Of a DNA stretch of 64,000 nucleotides, positions 1-13,539 are shown one piece after another. The stretch is from Octopus sinensis (taxonomy: Eukaryota), in NCBI RefSeq assembly GCF_006345805.1, contig NC_043006.1, positions 19,034,001 to 19,098,000 on the forward strand, read 5' to 3'. A model generated the notes under the pieces. That model saw only the letters and a program-made list of their open reading frames with translations. It made no database searches and was not told where the DNA came from. The position numbers were made by a program, and so were the translations under genes. How positions within the stretch are numbered: the first letter of the stretch is position 1; every line of letters starts with the position of its first letter.

Positions 1-118
1 TGTATGTATGCATTCATGCATGTATGTATGTATGTATGTATGTATCTATCTATCTATCTATCAATATATCTATCTGTATATATATAAAACAAAATGGGAT
101 AAGAACGCAAAACATCCA

Positions 119-175
<57 letters not shown>

Positions 176-190
176 CATTTTATGCAGTCT
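1..190. repeat. Compound (TATG)n/(TATC)n/(CA)n/(TA)n microsatellite
   Basis: Direct reading; ORFs here are translated repeats. Confidence 0.95.
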
Positions 191-944
191 AGTCATTATA
201 TATATATAAACATTTATACATATAAACATTTAATTACAGTGTAGTCCGAACTATCATCATCATCAATGATTCATAACCTCAGGCGATATAACATTAGTGG
301 ATGAGCCACAGGGGCATGTTTTACATTTTTTACTATGCACACACACACGCACACACACACACAAATACAAACACATACACACACACACACAAAATGAATA
401 AGTAAATATATATCACTAATACTATTATGGAATAGAACGAAGAAAATTAATAACGTGTAACAGACTATGTCAATTGTAGAGTAGTATTTTCAAGATATTC
501 AATAGCAACTATTGAATAAATATCAGAGCAAAAGAGCGGTTTCGTTACTTACCAATATTATTACACTGTGGCTCTTTAATACATATTTAGTCTTGTTTGT
601 ATGTTTTAGGTCAGATTTATAAATGTTCTTTGAATACCTTTTGAAATTAAGCGAGAACCAGTGTGGCATATATGGCAATAGTATTCTATACATAGATTAA
701 ACGTGTTACGATTCAATAAGAGCGAAATAGAAAATGGCTTACTAGTATTCACCAAAACTTCATGTAGGCACACACATACACATACATACACACACACACA
801 CACACACATACACACGCACGCAATGTGTAAATGTGTGTGTATGTGTGTGCGTCCGTCTGTGTGTGTGTGTTGTGTGCTTCGGTGAAAATTATTGTGACCA
901 AATTCATGGGGAGTATTCAGGAACCGTGGTGCGGAAGTAACCGC

Positions 945-952
945 AAATAATG

Positions 953-987
<35 letters not shown>

Positions 988-1122
988 TGAGTCTCAGTTA
1001 ATTACATATTCACACAAACATATCGGCACACCCACTTCTCTATATGTACGTTTATATATACACACATACACACATACATATATATGTACATACACACAGG
1101 TGTTTATACACATATGCGTATG

Positions 1123-1164
<42 letters not shown>

Positions 1165-1272
1165 TACACTCGCATTTTCGTATAGATTGCACGCATGGGA
1201 GTTTGTATGAGTGCATGCATGCGTGTGTGTATGTGCGTGCGGGCTTACATGTGTGTGTTTGTGTGTGTGTTT

Positions 1273-1350
<78 letters not shown>
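945..1350. repeat. Compound (TG)n/(TA)n microsatellite
   Basis: Direct reading. Confidence 0.95.
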
Positions 1351-1924
1351 TGTGCGCGCGCGCCTCTGTGAGTAACACTTTACACGATTTGGCTTTTATT
1401 CAGTATCGATAAACCATAAAAATAAATGAGAGAAGCAAATGTCGAAGGTGTATGTTACTTCCACAAATGCAATCAGTTTTGATCTTGACGATGGCAATGT
1501 TGGATTTTCTTTGATGTTATGCCAGCTTCCAAAGCCAAACTGAAACAAGAATTTGATTTCCATTTCTCATAGTTTGCGGCTATAATTAATAATGTACAAT
1601 TATAATAAGCATATCAATATTGATTTATTTCGACTAGACAATTCAATGCATAGAGGCAAATAATTTGCCGTACTCATGCATTTGGATATGGCTCTAAAAA
1701 ATATACTTGCACCTCAATACATTCTCCGTCCCTGTTGGCGAAAACTTCATCAGTTTAGAGATAAAACCCTCATACATATTCAAAAATGCTAAAACTTCCG
1801 ATGACATTCTGATCAGAATCATCTCAGGCCTTGTGAATATAATTTGGTAAAGGAGAACTATAGTTTGGTGAATGTAGAAGACTTAGGGATGGTCAGAAAT
1901 TTGAAGTTTCAATAATTCGCCAGT

Positions 1925-2295
1925 TTGATAAGTTTGAATAAATTCGCTTTAGGAGATATGCAACATAATTTCTTTTCCTCAACAGGCCCTGCCCTATTTA
2001 ACATTGTCCCGAGGGAGATCAAAGAGGAAAAGGATCCCATCAACTTCAAACAGAATCTGGATAGATTCCTTCAAAGAATACCAGATAAGCCACCCATAAT
2101 TGGATACAACTCACCCAACAAGAACTCACTACTTGAACAAAACTGGATACAACTCACCCAACAAGAACTCACTACTTGAACAAAACTTGACTTAAACAGG
2201 ATTCGAATAATCCTATCAGGTGGTGCTATTAAGTTAGACATGGCCTGGACCAATCTCTGGTCGAAACATATCTAAGTTTTATCTAAGTTTTATGT
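1925..2295 (+). mobile_element. 3' terminal fragment of a CR1-type LINE
   Basis: Peptide GPALFNIVPREIK..FKQNLDRFLQRIPDKP..GY..NSL parallels the LINE C-terminus at 57629-57880 (GAQLFNSIP..FKLQLDRYL..PGY..NSL); ends in short tandem (atctaagtttt)x2. Confidence 0.75.
2101..2186 (+). repeat. Perfect 43-bp tandem duplication
   Basis: tggatacaactcacccaacaagaactcactacttgaacaaaac at 2101-2143 and 2144-2186. Confidence 0.95.
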
Positions 2296-3109
2296 CTGAC
2301 GTTTCACGACTAGCCCTATGTCTCAGATTGAAAAAAATAAACAAATTAACAGCAGATGTGTGGTTCCTCTTCTTTTGGCATGCAAACTTACTCAAAATAG
2401 AAGACTTCTATAATTGTTTTACTTACGTAATCCAACGCAAGTTTTTCAGAATTTGTTTAGTGTTTGACGTAATCACTTGATTATTGGTTTTATTCTACAG
2501 TCGTGATATTCTCTAAGCCCTCAGATCATTCTTCATCGAGCACAGGGAAGCATAACAGAAGTTTTAATGTAGCCACTTGACCTGCCAGAAATAGGAGTTA
2601 AATTTTCCATAAATTCAATATATTGTCCTGAAATTAGGTGAACACTCTAGACTACTCAACTTCGCATTTAATACACTATGTAATGAGAAAGACGAGGCAA
2701 AGTTAGTAACTATCGTTGTAGTGATTTTTATTGGCTCATTATCAGCCCTGATAACGTAGACCGCTGGTCAAATATATTTCATCCGTGATCAGCCATTTTT
2801 TTTTCTTTTTTGTAACCGGGATTACATTGACTATTCGATATGCAGAATTTTCCCCGTTGATTCTTGACGTATGAGAATCCAGGTTGAGGCTTCCTCGTTG
2901 ATTCGAGTTAATACTAGTAGATAAAGAGGGGTCGTAACATAAACAGATCGCAAATGCTTCAGACCGTTTATTATGTATGTACCTCATTCTACACTTCTCA
3001 CTTGCTTTCTTTCTCTCTGTGTCTCTTTTTTGTCTGTCTTCCTCTCTCTCTCTTTCTCTGTACATGTATATATATTAAATATATATATATAATATATATA
3101 TATATATAG

Positions 3110-3142
<33 letters not shown>

Positions 3143-3221
3143 TGGGTGTCTGTGTAGATATACGTATATATTACTGCAAGTTGTATCTTTATATGCACAT
3201 ACTTCTGGAGTTATATATAAG

Positions 3222-3276
<55 letters not shown>

Positions 3277-3293
3277 TGTGTGTGTGTGTGTGT

Positions 3294-3325
<32 letters not shown>

Positions 3326-3851
3326 GTGTGTGTGCGCGCGTTTGAGTATGAGTGTCCGTGAGTATCTTTAAAAAGCAGACTTATAATCCCGTTTCATGCA
3401 TACTCCTTAGCCAGAGCAAAAGAGGATACTCCGGTTTACCCTGCTAAAGTTCACTCGAGCATACTAACAGACGTATCGATCATCGATTTCAATGTCAGTA
3501 ACTGCCAATTGCTGCTAGTATTATTCTCATCTTGGTCATAGGATACATTTTCGTGTGTCTTCTTTGGTATTAAAAAATGTGGGGAGTTATTTTGGTGGGA
3601 TATCTCTTTGTGAGAGCGAACTGTTAAAGTATGCCATATCGAAGACAGAAGCCAGAGGCTTACTTATGTGAGTACATTAACTAACGACAAACAATTAGTA
3701 AACATTTTACCTGTATTTATTAATATTATTTCTACGAGCACTATCTTAGTCAGGGAATGCAGAAAGGAGGATTTTGCTTGAGTACTTATCTTAGGTTCTG
3801 GTTCCAGATACGATCAAATAAATTTACAATGTCGAGGATAGAAATATGGCC

Positions 3852-4086
3852 GGATCTTTTCGGTTTGAACGGCAGTTTTTCCTAGCGGTGTCATGACATT
3901 GTCACCCATAATTATGACCCTAGTATCGATCTATTGCATTTCTATCTGTTTTAATTGTTAGGGTTAGTTAGGGTTAGAGTCAAGAAAAGGATGTTTTATA
4001 AACACATTCTACCAGTATACGAAGTTTAAATTTTTTTAGTTACCTAGAAATTATGTTAAAAACTGCCGTTCAAACCGAAAAGATCC
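3852..4086. mobile_element. MITE with perfect 29-bp TIRs and 8-bp TSD (Merlin-like)
   Basis: TIR ggatcttttcggtttgaacggcagttttt at 3852-3880 and its reverse complement at 4058-4086; TSD atatggcc at 3844-3851 and 4087-4094. GG termini with 8-bp TSD fit Merlin; hAT not excluded. Confidence 0.9.
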
Positions 4087-4406
4087 ATATGGCCGTCACT
4101 AAATATCACAAGATGACTTGAACGTGATGTGGTAGGGTACATGCTTGTCAGAACTCGGCGATTTTTGTAGATATGACGTGAAATAGTTTTACACATGCTG
4201 ACAGAGGGCATGCAGGGATGCGTTATGACAGCTAAAGATGTTAATGTATTTTGATTTCTTACATTCTTATAAATCAAATTCGAACTTTTTTCTGCACTCA
4301 GTCTCCCTCGCTAATTCTTTCTATTTTTCTCTCGTCCTTTCTCATTATCCCTTTACCGCACTCAGTTAACTCACCCCTTCTCGCTCTCTGGCTCTGCCAC
4401 TCTCTT

Positions 4407-4456
<50 letters not shown>

Positions 4457-5634
4457 CTTCCATCTCTCATCTGATATACCAAAGTAATGCTATAGTGAAA
4501 TGAAGTAGTATTTCACGCAATTCATTGATAATAAAAAAAGAATTAAGAAAACACGATCAAATCTCTCTCTCACCTTTTTGCATTTCTCTTTCTGTCATTC
4601 TCGCTCCCTCGCTCCCTCCCTCACTCACTCATTCACTCACTCACTCATTCACTCTCTCTCTTTCTCTTCACTTTCTCTATGTCTTTCTAATTCATCTAAG
4701 GAACAGAGACTATTCATAAATTCATACATTGCATCAGTTAACACATATTGTAAAATATACAATCAAGTACTTCATTTAAGGCTACTTAGGAAACTATTGC
4801 GAAATCAAATTAAAACAACAGCATAAACGTACCACCTTTCTGTATGTCAGAGATCATATAAGCAAGAATAATATCTGTAAATAACTGAAATTAACCTCCA
4901 AAGCGCGCAGACTTAATAAAGTAAATATTATTTTTGTCGGATTGCTGTGTAAACGACTACTTAAATTATGAGAGTATTATGGTTTCCCATGAGTATGCGT
5001 CTGTGTGTTCGGACTGAGAATTATGAAGCATAAATAAGAAGGTTTGATGAGAGGTGCTCTTTGGCAGAAGTTAATTATTAGCTAAGTAAAATAAATGTAA
5101 GATTAAGTAAACTTCTAGCAAGGGGTCACTGAGAATAAATTTTAGCAGAAAAAATTTCATAACAAGCAATACCATTAATATCAAGATTGAAGAAAACAAC
5201 AAAACTCGTAGCGGTAGTTGTGTTAGTTCTATAAAGTAATATAGTGAACAAAAAGAGAAATAAAGACACAGAGATGGTAAGAGATTCACACAAAGAGGTG
5301 CAGTTATTTAGGTAAAGTAAGAGACATTAAGCAGAAAGATAGTGATCGCAATACAATGAGAATGAAACGGCAAAGTATACTGGCAAAGTGCCAAACAGGC
5401 CGCAAATTTCTACTTTCTTTTTATAGCTTTAAGCTTAGCTGTATTCTTTCAAGATATTTATTGTTTTCATACCACTTCTGTACTGAACTGCCTGGCAAGG
5501 CATTTAACTGCATGATACATATGGAAACGAAAAGTATCGAGAAATACATATTCATATAAACACTTATACATAGACACACATAAATATAAACACAAATCTG
5601 ATGTATAAATACATATCTACATCCACTTATGCAA

Positions 5635-5693
<59 letters not shown>

Positions 5694-5983
5694 CACACAC
5701 GCATATATATATGTATGTATGTATTGTATACATATACATCCATAGATACATATGTGTGTGTATATATATATATATATATACATACATACACACACATATA
5801 TATATGTATGTATGTATTGTATACATATACATACATAGATACATATGTGCGTATATTATATATATATATTATATATATATATATAAACAAATATAGATTT
5901 TGCCTATACGGTTTATATTGCACCCAGTTGCCTACACTAATTTTATACTATATGTATACACACACACACACATATACATATAT

Positions 5984-6019
<36 letters not shown>

Positions 6020-6656
6020 TACACACCTCCACACATATAGATATATTGGGAAATAAGGTGTATGTTTGTGTATGTATGTATGGATTATACGTAATACGTC
6101 AATCTGTATAAGATCTGAAGTCATTCTATTGAATATTTAATGTCGACGCAAATTAAAACCGAATACTCATAATAAGAAATTATGAGAACATGGCGATCAG
6201 TTTAAAACACTGCAATGACGATTGTTTCTGCATTTCTTTGTTTTGCACTTCTCCATCTTGATAAAGGACATATGCCCGAATCGATGATAATATCTTTCTT
6301 TATCACACTGACTTACACTTACTGTTATATGATTGTGCTCTATTGTAATAGTTGCGACGACACAGACCTAAGGCCAGATAACTCGGTTATTTCATTTCCT
6401 ATTATATATATAATAATTCAATGTTGTTCCGGTTTTCTAGTTAGTTATTAATTTACATTTGTTCTTTTGGTTTAGCTAGTATGTTATATATGGTAACGTT
6501 TTCCATAACAAAACCAAACTAGTACCACACAATAATCACATAATACTAAGGGAAGTTTAGTCAACAGGAACACATAGTTATATGTTAGTAAGTTTCAATA
6601 TACAAGAGAAAATGTATTTGACACGATAGAGCTAAACACATCCTCGTGCGGAAATT

Positions 6657-6756
<100 letters not shown>

Positions 6757-6982
6757 GAAATATTAAAATTACTAAGTCTCTCTAAAAGAGAACAACGGCA
6801 ACGTTCCCGGAAAATAATAGTTATCGCCATACTAATATGGCATTCTTATAAAAATAAGAATAAAGCTGTCCGCTTATTAGCTCCATGAGGCCATCGCCTT
6901 AAGTTAGCTATTTGATACACAAACTGTATCCATATAACCTTCGAACAAGGGAGGTCAGTCGCTCCACACTACTTGACCGGCA

Positions 6983-7024
6983 GCTACAGACGCGTTTCGG
7001 GGTATTGCCCCTTTTCAATGCAGC
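6983..7024 (-). ncRNA. Minimal type I hammerhead ribozyme motif (mirror of 7401-7442)
   Basis: Exact reverse complement of the motif at 7401-7442. Confidence 0.75.
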
Positions 7025-7400
7025 GTAGCCAGACCAGTAGGTGTCGCTTCTGACAATCTCTGTTCGAAGGTTTTATTTACCTAGCTTCGGTGGAATACAT
7101 CCACTTGTTTTCAATAAGAGAAGGTTATATGGATACAGTTTGTGTATCAAATAGCTAACTTAAGGCGATGGCCTCATGGAGCTAATAAGCGGACAGCTTT
7201 ATTCTTATTTTTATAAGAATGCCATATTAGTATGGCGATAACTATTATTTTCCGGGAACGCTGCCGTTGTTCTCTTTTAGAGAGACTTAGTAATTTTAAT
7301 ATTTCTATTATTGGAAACAAGTGGATGTATTCCACCGAAGCTAGGTAAATAAAACCTTCGAACAGAGATTGTCAGAAGCGACACCTACTGGTCTGGCTAC

Positions 7401-7442
7401 GCTGCATTGAAAAGGGGCAATACCCCGAAACGCGTCTGTAGC
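7401..7442 (+). ncRNA. Minimal type I hammerhead ribozyme motif, U3-A8 core variant
   Basis: GCUGCA-UUGAAAA-GGGG caaua CCCC-GAA-ACGCGU-C-UGUAGC: 6-bp stem I, 4-bp stem II, palindromic stem III, GUC cleavage triplet. Confidence 0.75.
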
Positions 7443-7607
7443 TGCCGGTCAAGTAGTGTGGAGCGACTGACCTCCCTTGTTCGAAGGTTATATGGATACA
7501 GTTTGTGTATCAAATAGCTAACTTAAGGCGATGGCCTCATAGAGCTAATAAGCGGACAGCTTTATTCTTATTTTTATAAGAATGCCATATTAGTATGGCG
7601 ATAACTA

Positions 7608-7749
<142 letters not shown>

Positions 7750-7958
7750 TGCATATGTGTTTACAAATACAGATGCAGTCGATTTAATTGGTCACTGCAA
7801 CGAAATAATAGCCTAATGAATATTATGTTAGTGGGTGTGTTTATAACTGTAAACGGACAAAATTAATGTTATATACCTACATACACATAATAATAATGTT
7901 TCTTTTCCTTTTCTTATTGTTTTTGTCTGAACACCTCACACAGCCTTAGGGTTATGTC

Positions 7959-8081
<123 letters not shown>

Positions 8082-8783
8082 TATACATATATATATACAT
8101 ATATATATATTATATTTCCGCACGAGGATGTGTTTAGCTCTATCGTGTCAAATACATTTTTTCTTGTATATTGAAACTTACTAACATATAACTATGTGTT
8201 CCTGTTGACCCTTGTGGGTAGGAATAAAACAGTTCCTGTTAACTAAACTTCCCTTAGTATTATGTGATTATTGTGTGGTACTAGTTTGGTTTTGTTATGG
8301 AAAACGTTACCATATATAACATACTAGCTAAACCAAAAGAACAAATGTAAATTAATAACTAACTAGAAAACCGGAACAACATTGAATTATTATATATATA
8401 ATAGGAAATGAAATAACCGAGTTATCTGGCCTTAGGTCTGTGTCGTCGCAACTATTACAATAGAGCACAATCATATAACAGTAAGTGTAAGTCAGTGTGA
8501 TAAAGAAAGATATTATCATCGATTCGGGCATATGTCCTTTATCAAGATGGAGAAGTGCAAAACAAAGAAATGCAGAAACAATCGTCATTGCAGTGTTTTA
8601 AACTGATCGCCATGTTCTCATAATTTCTTATTATGAGTATTCGGTTTTAATTTGCGTCGACATTAAATATTCAATAGAATGACTTCAGATCTTATACAGA
8701 TTGACGTATTACGTATAATCCATACATACATACACAAACATACACCTTATTTCCCAATATATCTATATGTGTGGAGGTGTGTA

Positions 8784-8829
<46 letters not shown>

Positions 8830-9245
8830 TCATATATATATGCTCACAAACACACAATATGTGTCTGTGTATATATGTATATGTGTGTTGTGGGGTGGGT
8901 GGAAGTATGTGTGGATGTATGTGGGTGTGAGTGCGTGAGTAACATTTCATTTCTTTTCACAAGCTAAATATGTCTACTTTGCGTATGTTCATACATAAAT
9001 CTTCGTGCGTGGAGACATTTATATATGTATGTATCCGAAAGGATTTTTTTTTTCAAACCAATATTTGAATGCTATTACTTACACCTCTATGTATTTCGAG
9101 AGCCACTGTTTCAAAAAAGGTCTTATTTCGCTTTCTCTTTATAAATTCCTATGATGCCAACATTTACTTACACACATAGAGCGAACAGAGCGAAGTGTAT
9201 TTGAGGACATGTAACTTATTATAAACGTATCACTCACTTTAAACC

Positions 9246-9463
9246 TACTCTTTTACTCTTTTACTTGTTTCAGTCATTTGACTGCGGCCATGCTGGAGCA
9301 CCGCCTTTTTTTAGTCGAGCAAATCGACCCCGGGACTTATTCTTTGTAAGCCCAGTACTTATTCTATCGGTCTCTTTTTTTGCCGAACCGCTAAGTGACG
9401 GGGACGTAAACACACCAGCATCTGTTGTCAAGCAATGCTAGGGGGACAAACACAGACACACAA

Positions 9464-9525
<62 letters not shown>

Positions 9526-9688
9526 GACAAACTTCTTTCAGTTTCCGTCTACCAAATCCACTCACAAGGCATTAGTCGGCCCGGGGCTATAGCAGAAGAC
9601 ACTTACCCAAGATGCCACGCAGTGGGACTGAACCCGGAACCATGTGGTTGGTTAGCAAGCTACTTACCACACAGCCACTCCTGCGCCT
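9246..9688 (-). mobile_element. tRNA-derived SINE, family B (head aggcgcaggagtggctgtgtggtaag, tail (agtaaaag)n)
   Basis: Near-identical to copies at 17308, 31560, 37251, 39978, 46245; internal TA/TG tract. Confidence 0.9.
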
Positions 9689-10125
9689 ATGAAAAAGTTT
9701 TTATTTCTTTCAGATCCCCGTGGCAGATAAAATACTAACACAAGAAATGAAAAGATATGAAGTCAGTTTTGCCATATGGGCAAACCAATCATTTAGAAAT
9801 TGACAACTTTCGAAATAGTGTAATATCTATTGTGCAAAAGTTTGGATGGAATAGGAAGGCTCTGATGGAAATGCTTCAAAGGTATCAAAGAAAAAAAGCA
9901 TTCAAGCGTTCGGATTCAATAAGGTCATCGCAATTCATATAACGGATCCAAAACATTATCGATGATTATCTTGGTAAATAATAAGGGTCATTGCCAAAAA
10001 AACTTCACGTTTCGTGGTGCATGAGGACATTCGACACAAGTCTGAAGAATAATTCATACTCTGAAGATTTGTTACAATTTTTAAACGAAACACTTATAAT
10101 TCAATACACTTGCATACGTGTGTGC

Positions 10126-10509
10126 GGAGGCGCAATGGCCCAGTGGTTAGGGCAGCGGACTCGCGGTCGTAGGATCGCGGTTTCGATTCCCAGACCGGGC
10201 GTTGTGAGTGTTTATTGAGCGAAAACACCTAAAAGCTCCACGAGGCTCCGGCAGGGGGTGGTGGTGATCCCTGCTTTACTCTTTCACCATAACTTTCTCT
10301 CACTCTTACTTCCTGTTTCTGTTCTACCTGTATTTCAAAAGGGCCGGCCTTGTCACTCTCTGTGTCACGCTGAATATCCCCGAGAACTACGTTAAGGGTG
10401 CACGTGTCTGTGGAGTGCTCAGCCACTTACACGTTAATTTCACGAGCAGGCTGTTCCGTTGATTCGGATCAACCGGAACCCTCGTCGTCGTAACCGACGG
10501 AGTGCTTCC
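10126..10509 (+). mobile_element. tRNA-derived SINE, family A (head ggaggcgcaatggcccagtgg)
   Basis: A-box/B-box-like head; 13-bp TSD catacgtgtgtgc at 10113-10125 and 10510-10522. Confidence 0.92.
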
Positions 10510-10800
10510 CATACGTGTGTGCATATATATTACCGATCTACCAATCTTTCCATAGGTAATGCATGTAATTTGTTTATACGTCAAGTGTTAAAAGAAACAT
10601 TGAATACTCCGAAACCAAAAAGATCGAATTGCCTCGTCGAAGGAGAACGGTGGTTAGAGACGTGTCGCTGTTCTTTCAGATTATTGCACCTTACACCCGA
10701 GTAAATTCTAAACGAATTCGGATCGCTGATCTGATGTATGCATGCAGATAGCGTAAAATCCATAAATTTACATACACGCGCATGTGTATGTATCTAGAGA

Positions 10801-11181
10801 GAAGCACTCCGTCGGTTACGACGACGAGGGTTCCGGTTGATCCGAATCAACGGAACAGCCTGCTCGTGAAATTAACGTGTAAGTGGCTGAGCACTCCGCA
10901 GACACGTGTACCCTTAACGTAGTTCTCGGGGATATTCAGCATGACACAGAGAGTGACAAGGCCGGCCCTTTGAAATACAGGTAGAACAGAAACAGGAAGT
11001 AAGAGTGAGAGAAAGTTGTGGTGAAATAGTACAGCAGGGATCACCACCATCCCCTGCAGGAGCCTCGTGGAGCTTTAGGTGTTTTCGCTCAATAAACACT
11101 CACAACGCCCGGTCTGGGAATCGAAACCGCGATCCTATGACCGCGAGTCCGCTGCCCTAACCACTGGGCCATTGCGCCTCC
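10801..11181 (-). mobile_element. SINE family A
   Basis: Reverse complement of 10126-10509; flanking gtatgtatcta duplicated (10786-10796, 11184-11194). Confidence 0.92.
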
Positions 11182-11639
11182 ACGTATGTATCTATGTATA
11201 TGTTGTAATGAAACTGGTTCTCTCCTTCCCACATGAAAAAGTTGTATGATACACCAGTGTAAAGTCAAACAGTCAGTCAACTAAACCCTCTAACTAATTT
11301 TCCATAATTTTACGGATTTTTCATAAAATATATCCAACAAAAATATTTTTTCTCCTCTGTCGAATTTTTAATATATCCTTGTGAAGCATCTTTCAGCGTC
11401 GTCCACGTGAATTGTTTAATTTCACCTGAGAAAAGGTTTCAGATGTTGTGTTCTGGCAGTAAAATTACCTACTAAAAATTGGCAGCCTTGGCCAGAAGTA
11501 AAAAGTCCATGGCCAAGACTACATATAGGTTTTGCGAGTCCGTTAAATGGTTATTAATATTTAGTAGTAGTTGACGGCTTTACAAAATGGCCGCCAATTG
11601 TTAAGTGCAAAAGACTAACTGCCCCAATTGTAATAAATT

Positions 11640-12284
11640 TTTTGCACGAATTATTCACAAGATTTTGCATCCTAGACGTAATTGTATCTCATAATGGATC
11701 GCAATTTTTGTCCAGTGAATTTAGAAAATTCTGCGAAATATTCACAGTAGAACGATAGCGCCTTACCATCCCGGATCAAATGGACAGGCAGAGCGTTTTG
11801 TAGACACTTTTAAAGGAACTTTGAGAAAACTAAACAAGTAAATCACAGGCGAAGTCGCTTCGCAGCAATTCCTAAGGTATACAGGTTGAGAATCAACCCC
11901 AATACACCAGCAGGAAGGTCACCAGCTGAACTGATGTTCGCAAGGAAGGTGAATTCAGTGTTTGATAAACTGTTACTTGGTAAGGACAGAAAAAATACCT
12001 GGAGAGACAATCTAATTTTTTTGAAAATTGCTGATAAGGTGTACATGAGGTCGTATAAAAGCAGAAAACAATACTGGGAGGAAGGAAAATGTTTAAAGTA
12101 CATAGGAAAAATGATGTACGGAATTCAAAGCAAAAACGTTATTGAAGAAAGACTCAGAAACCAATTGAAGAAGAGAGTCATAGAAAATGAACCAGACAGA
12201 TTGGAAGAACCTATGAAATGGCTGTATGATACATTCATGGTACCAACACCATTACAGATGGTTGAACCCACGCGCGCAAGTTGA
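11640..12284 (+). pseudogene. Ty3/Gypsy integrase fragment, disrupted
   Basis: LHELFTRF..DVIVSHNGSQFLSSEFRKFC, PYHPGSNGQAERFVDTFK, TPAGRSPAELMFARK; stops and frameshifts present. Confidence 0.85.
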
Positions 12285-12427
12285 AGAAAAAAGCAAAACA
12301 CTGAGTTCTTACAAATAGACGCAAAAAGAAAAAAATATTAAGTTGGGAAAAACGCTAAAAAGGGATGAGGGGTGAATAATGTAAAATAAAATTATTTGCT
12401 TTCCAAAGAAAGAACTAAAATGGGAGA

Positions 12428-12677
12428 TGTTGTAGTGAAAATGGTGCTCCCTTTATCATATGACAGAGTGGTATAACACACGACTGTACAGTCAGTCAGT
12501 TGTTGTAGAAGGTTAGTAGTAGTAGAGAGTTGTTGTAGGAGTTCTCAGTTAGAGTCTGTGTCAATTACGTGATATATACAATTTCGAGTTACCGTCAAGG
12601 TAGACATTACAAGCCATTGTCTTGGATAGCACGATAGAGGAGTCAAAGATAATAAGCCGCGGAATACTGTCACAACA
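12428..12677 (+). mobile_element. 3' LTR of the Gypsy element
   Basis: Purine-rich tract ending gggaga at 12427, then TGTTGT...ACAACA termini; about 250 bp. Confidence 0.75.
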
Positions 12678-12713
12678 TAATAGTAGTTACGAGAATATTA
12701 CAATGCCGACAAT

Positions 12714-13102
12714 GAAGTGGAAGCACTCCGTCGGTTACGACGACGAGGGTTCCGGTTGATCCGAATCAACGGAACAGCCTGCTCGTGAAATTAACGTGTA
12801 AGTGGCTGAGCACTCCACAGACACGTGCACCCTTAACGTAGTTCTCGGGGATATTCAGCGTGACACAGAGAGTGACAAGGCCGGCCCTTTGAAATACAGG
12901 TAGAACAGAAACAGGAAGTAAGAGTGAGAGAAAGTTGTGGTGAAAGAGTACAGCAGGGATCACCACCGTCCCCTGCCGGAGCCTCGTGGAGCTTTTAGGT
13001 GTTTTTTTCTCAATAAACACTCACAACGCCCGGTCTGGGAATCGAAACCGCGATCCTATGACCGCGAGTCCGCTGCCCTAACTACTGGGCCATTGCGCCT
13101 CC
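12714..13102 (-). mobile_element. SINE family A
   Basis: 14-bp TSD acaatgccgacaat at 12700-12713 and 13103-13116. Confidence 0.92.
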
Positions 13103-13191
13103 ACAATGCCGACAATAACATACAAGTGGACGAGTATTTACTTCATAGCAGTATATATGAGTGTGTGTGTGTGTGTGTATATGTGTGTGCC

Positions 13192-13222
<31 letters not shown>

Positions 13223-13539
13223 GTTTTGATAAACACGTGTGTATATGTATGTCTCTTCTATTTTTTTAATTATTAGAAATCTTCCACTGAGGAGGGAGCA
13301 GTTTTCCATCAAAGATACAAGGCACCATCTTTGGGGCGTAATTAACACAGACAAATTCACATTTGGAACTTGAGAAAAGTCTTGTATATATTTACTCTTC
13401 CACTCACAGATTAGACTTGTAATGCACGAATCAGCATATCAATTTCTCATATTGAAAATCCCATTTTATCCAGATTCACTTTTAAGCATTTACTAACAAA
13501 ACCTAGTGCTCCAATTATTATGGGTATGAATATGAATTC

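Noticed and set aside
2742-3065. Possible host exon on the minus strand
   Set aside because: No recognisable domain, homologue or convincing splice pair; similar for 9700-10110 and 47440-47950.
10126-10200. tRNA gene
   Set aside because: tRNA-like SINE head that continues into a SINE body and is flanked by a TSD.
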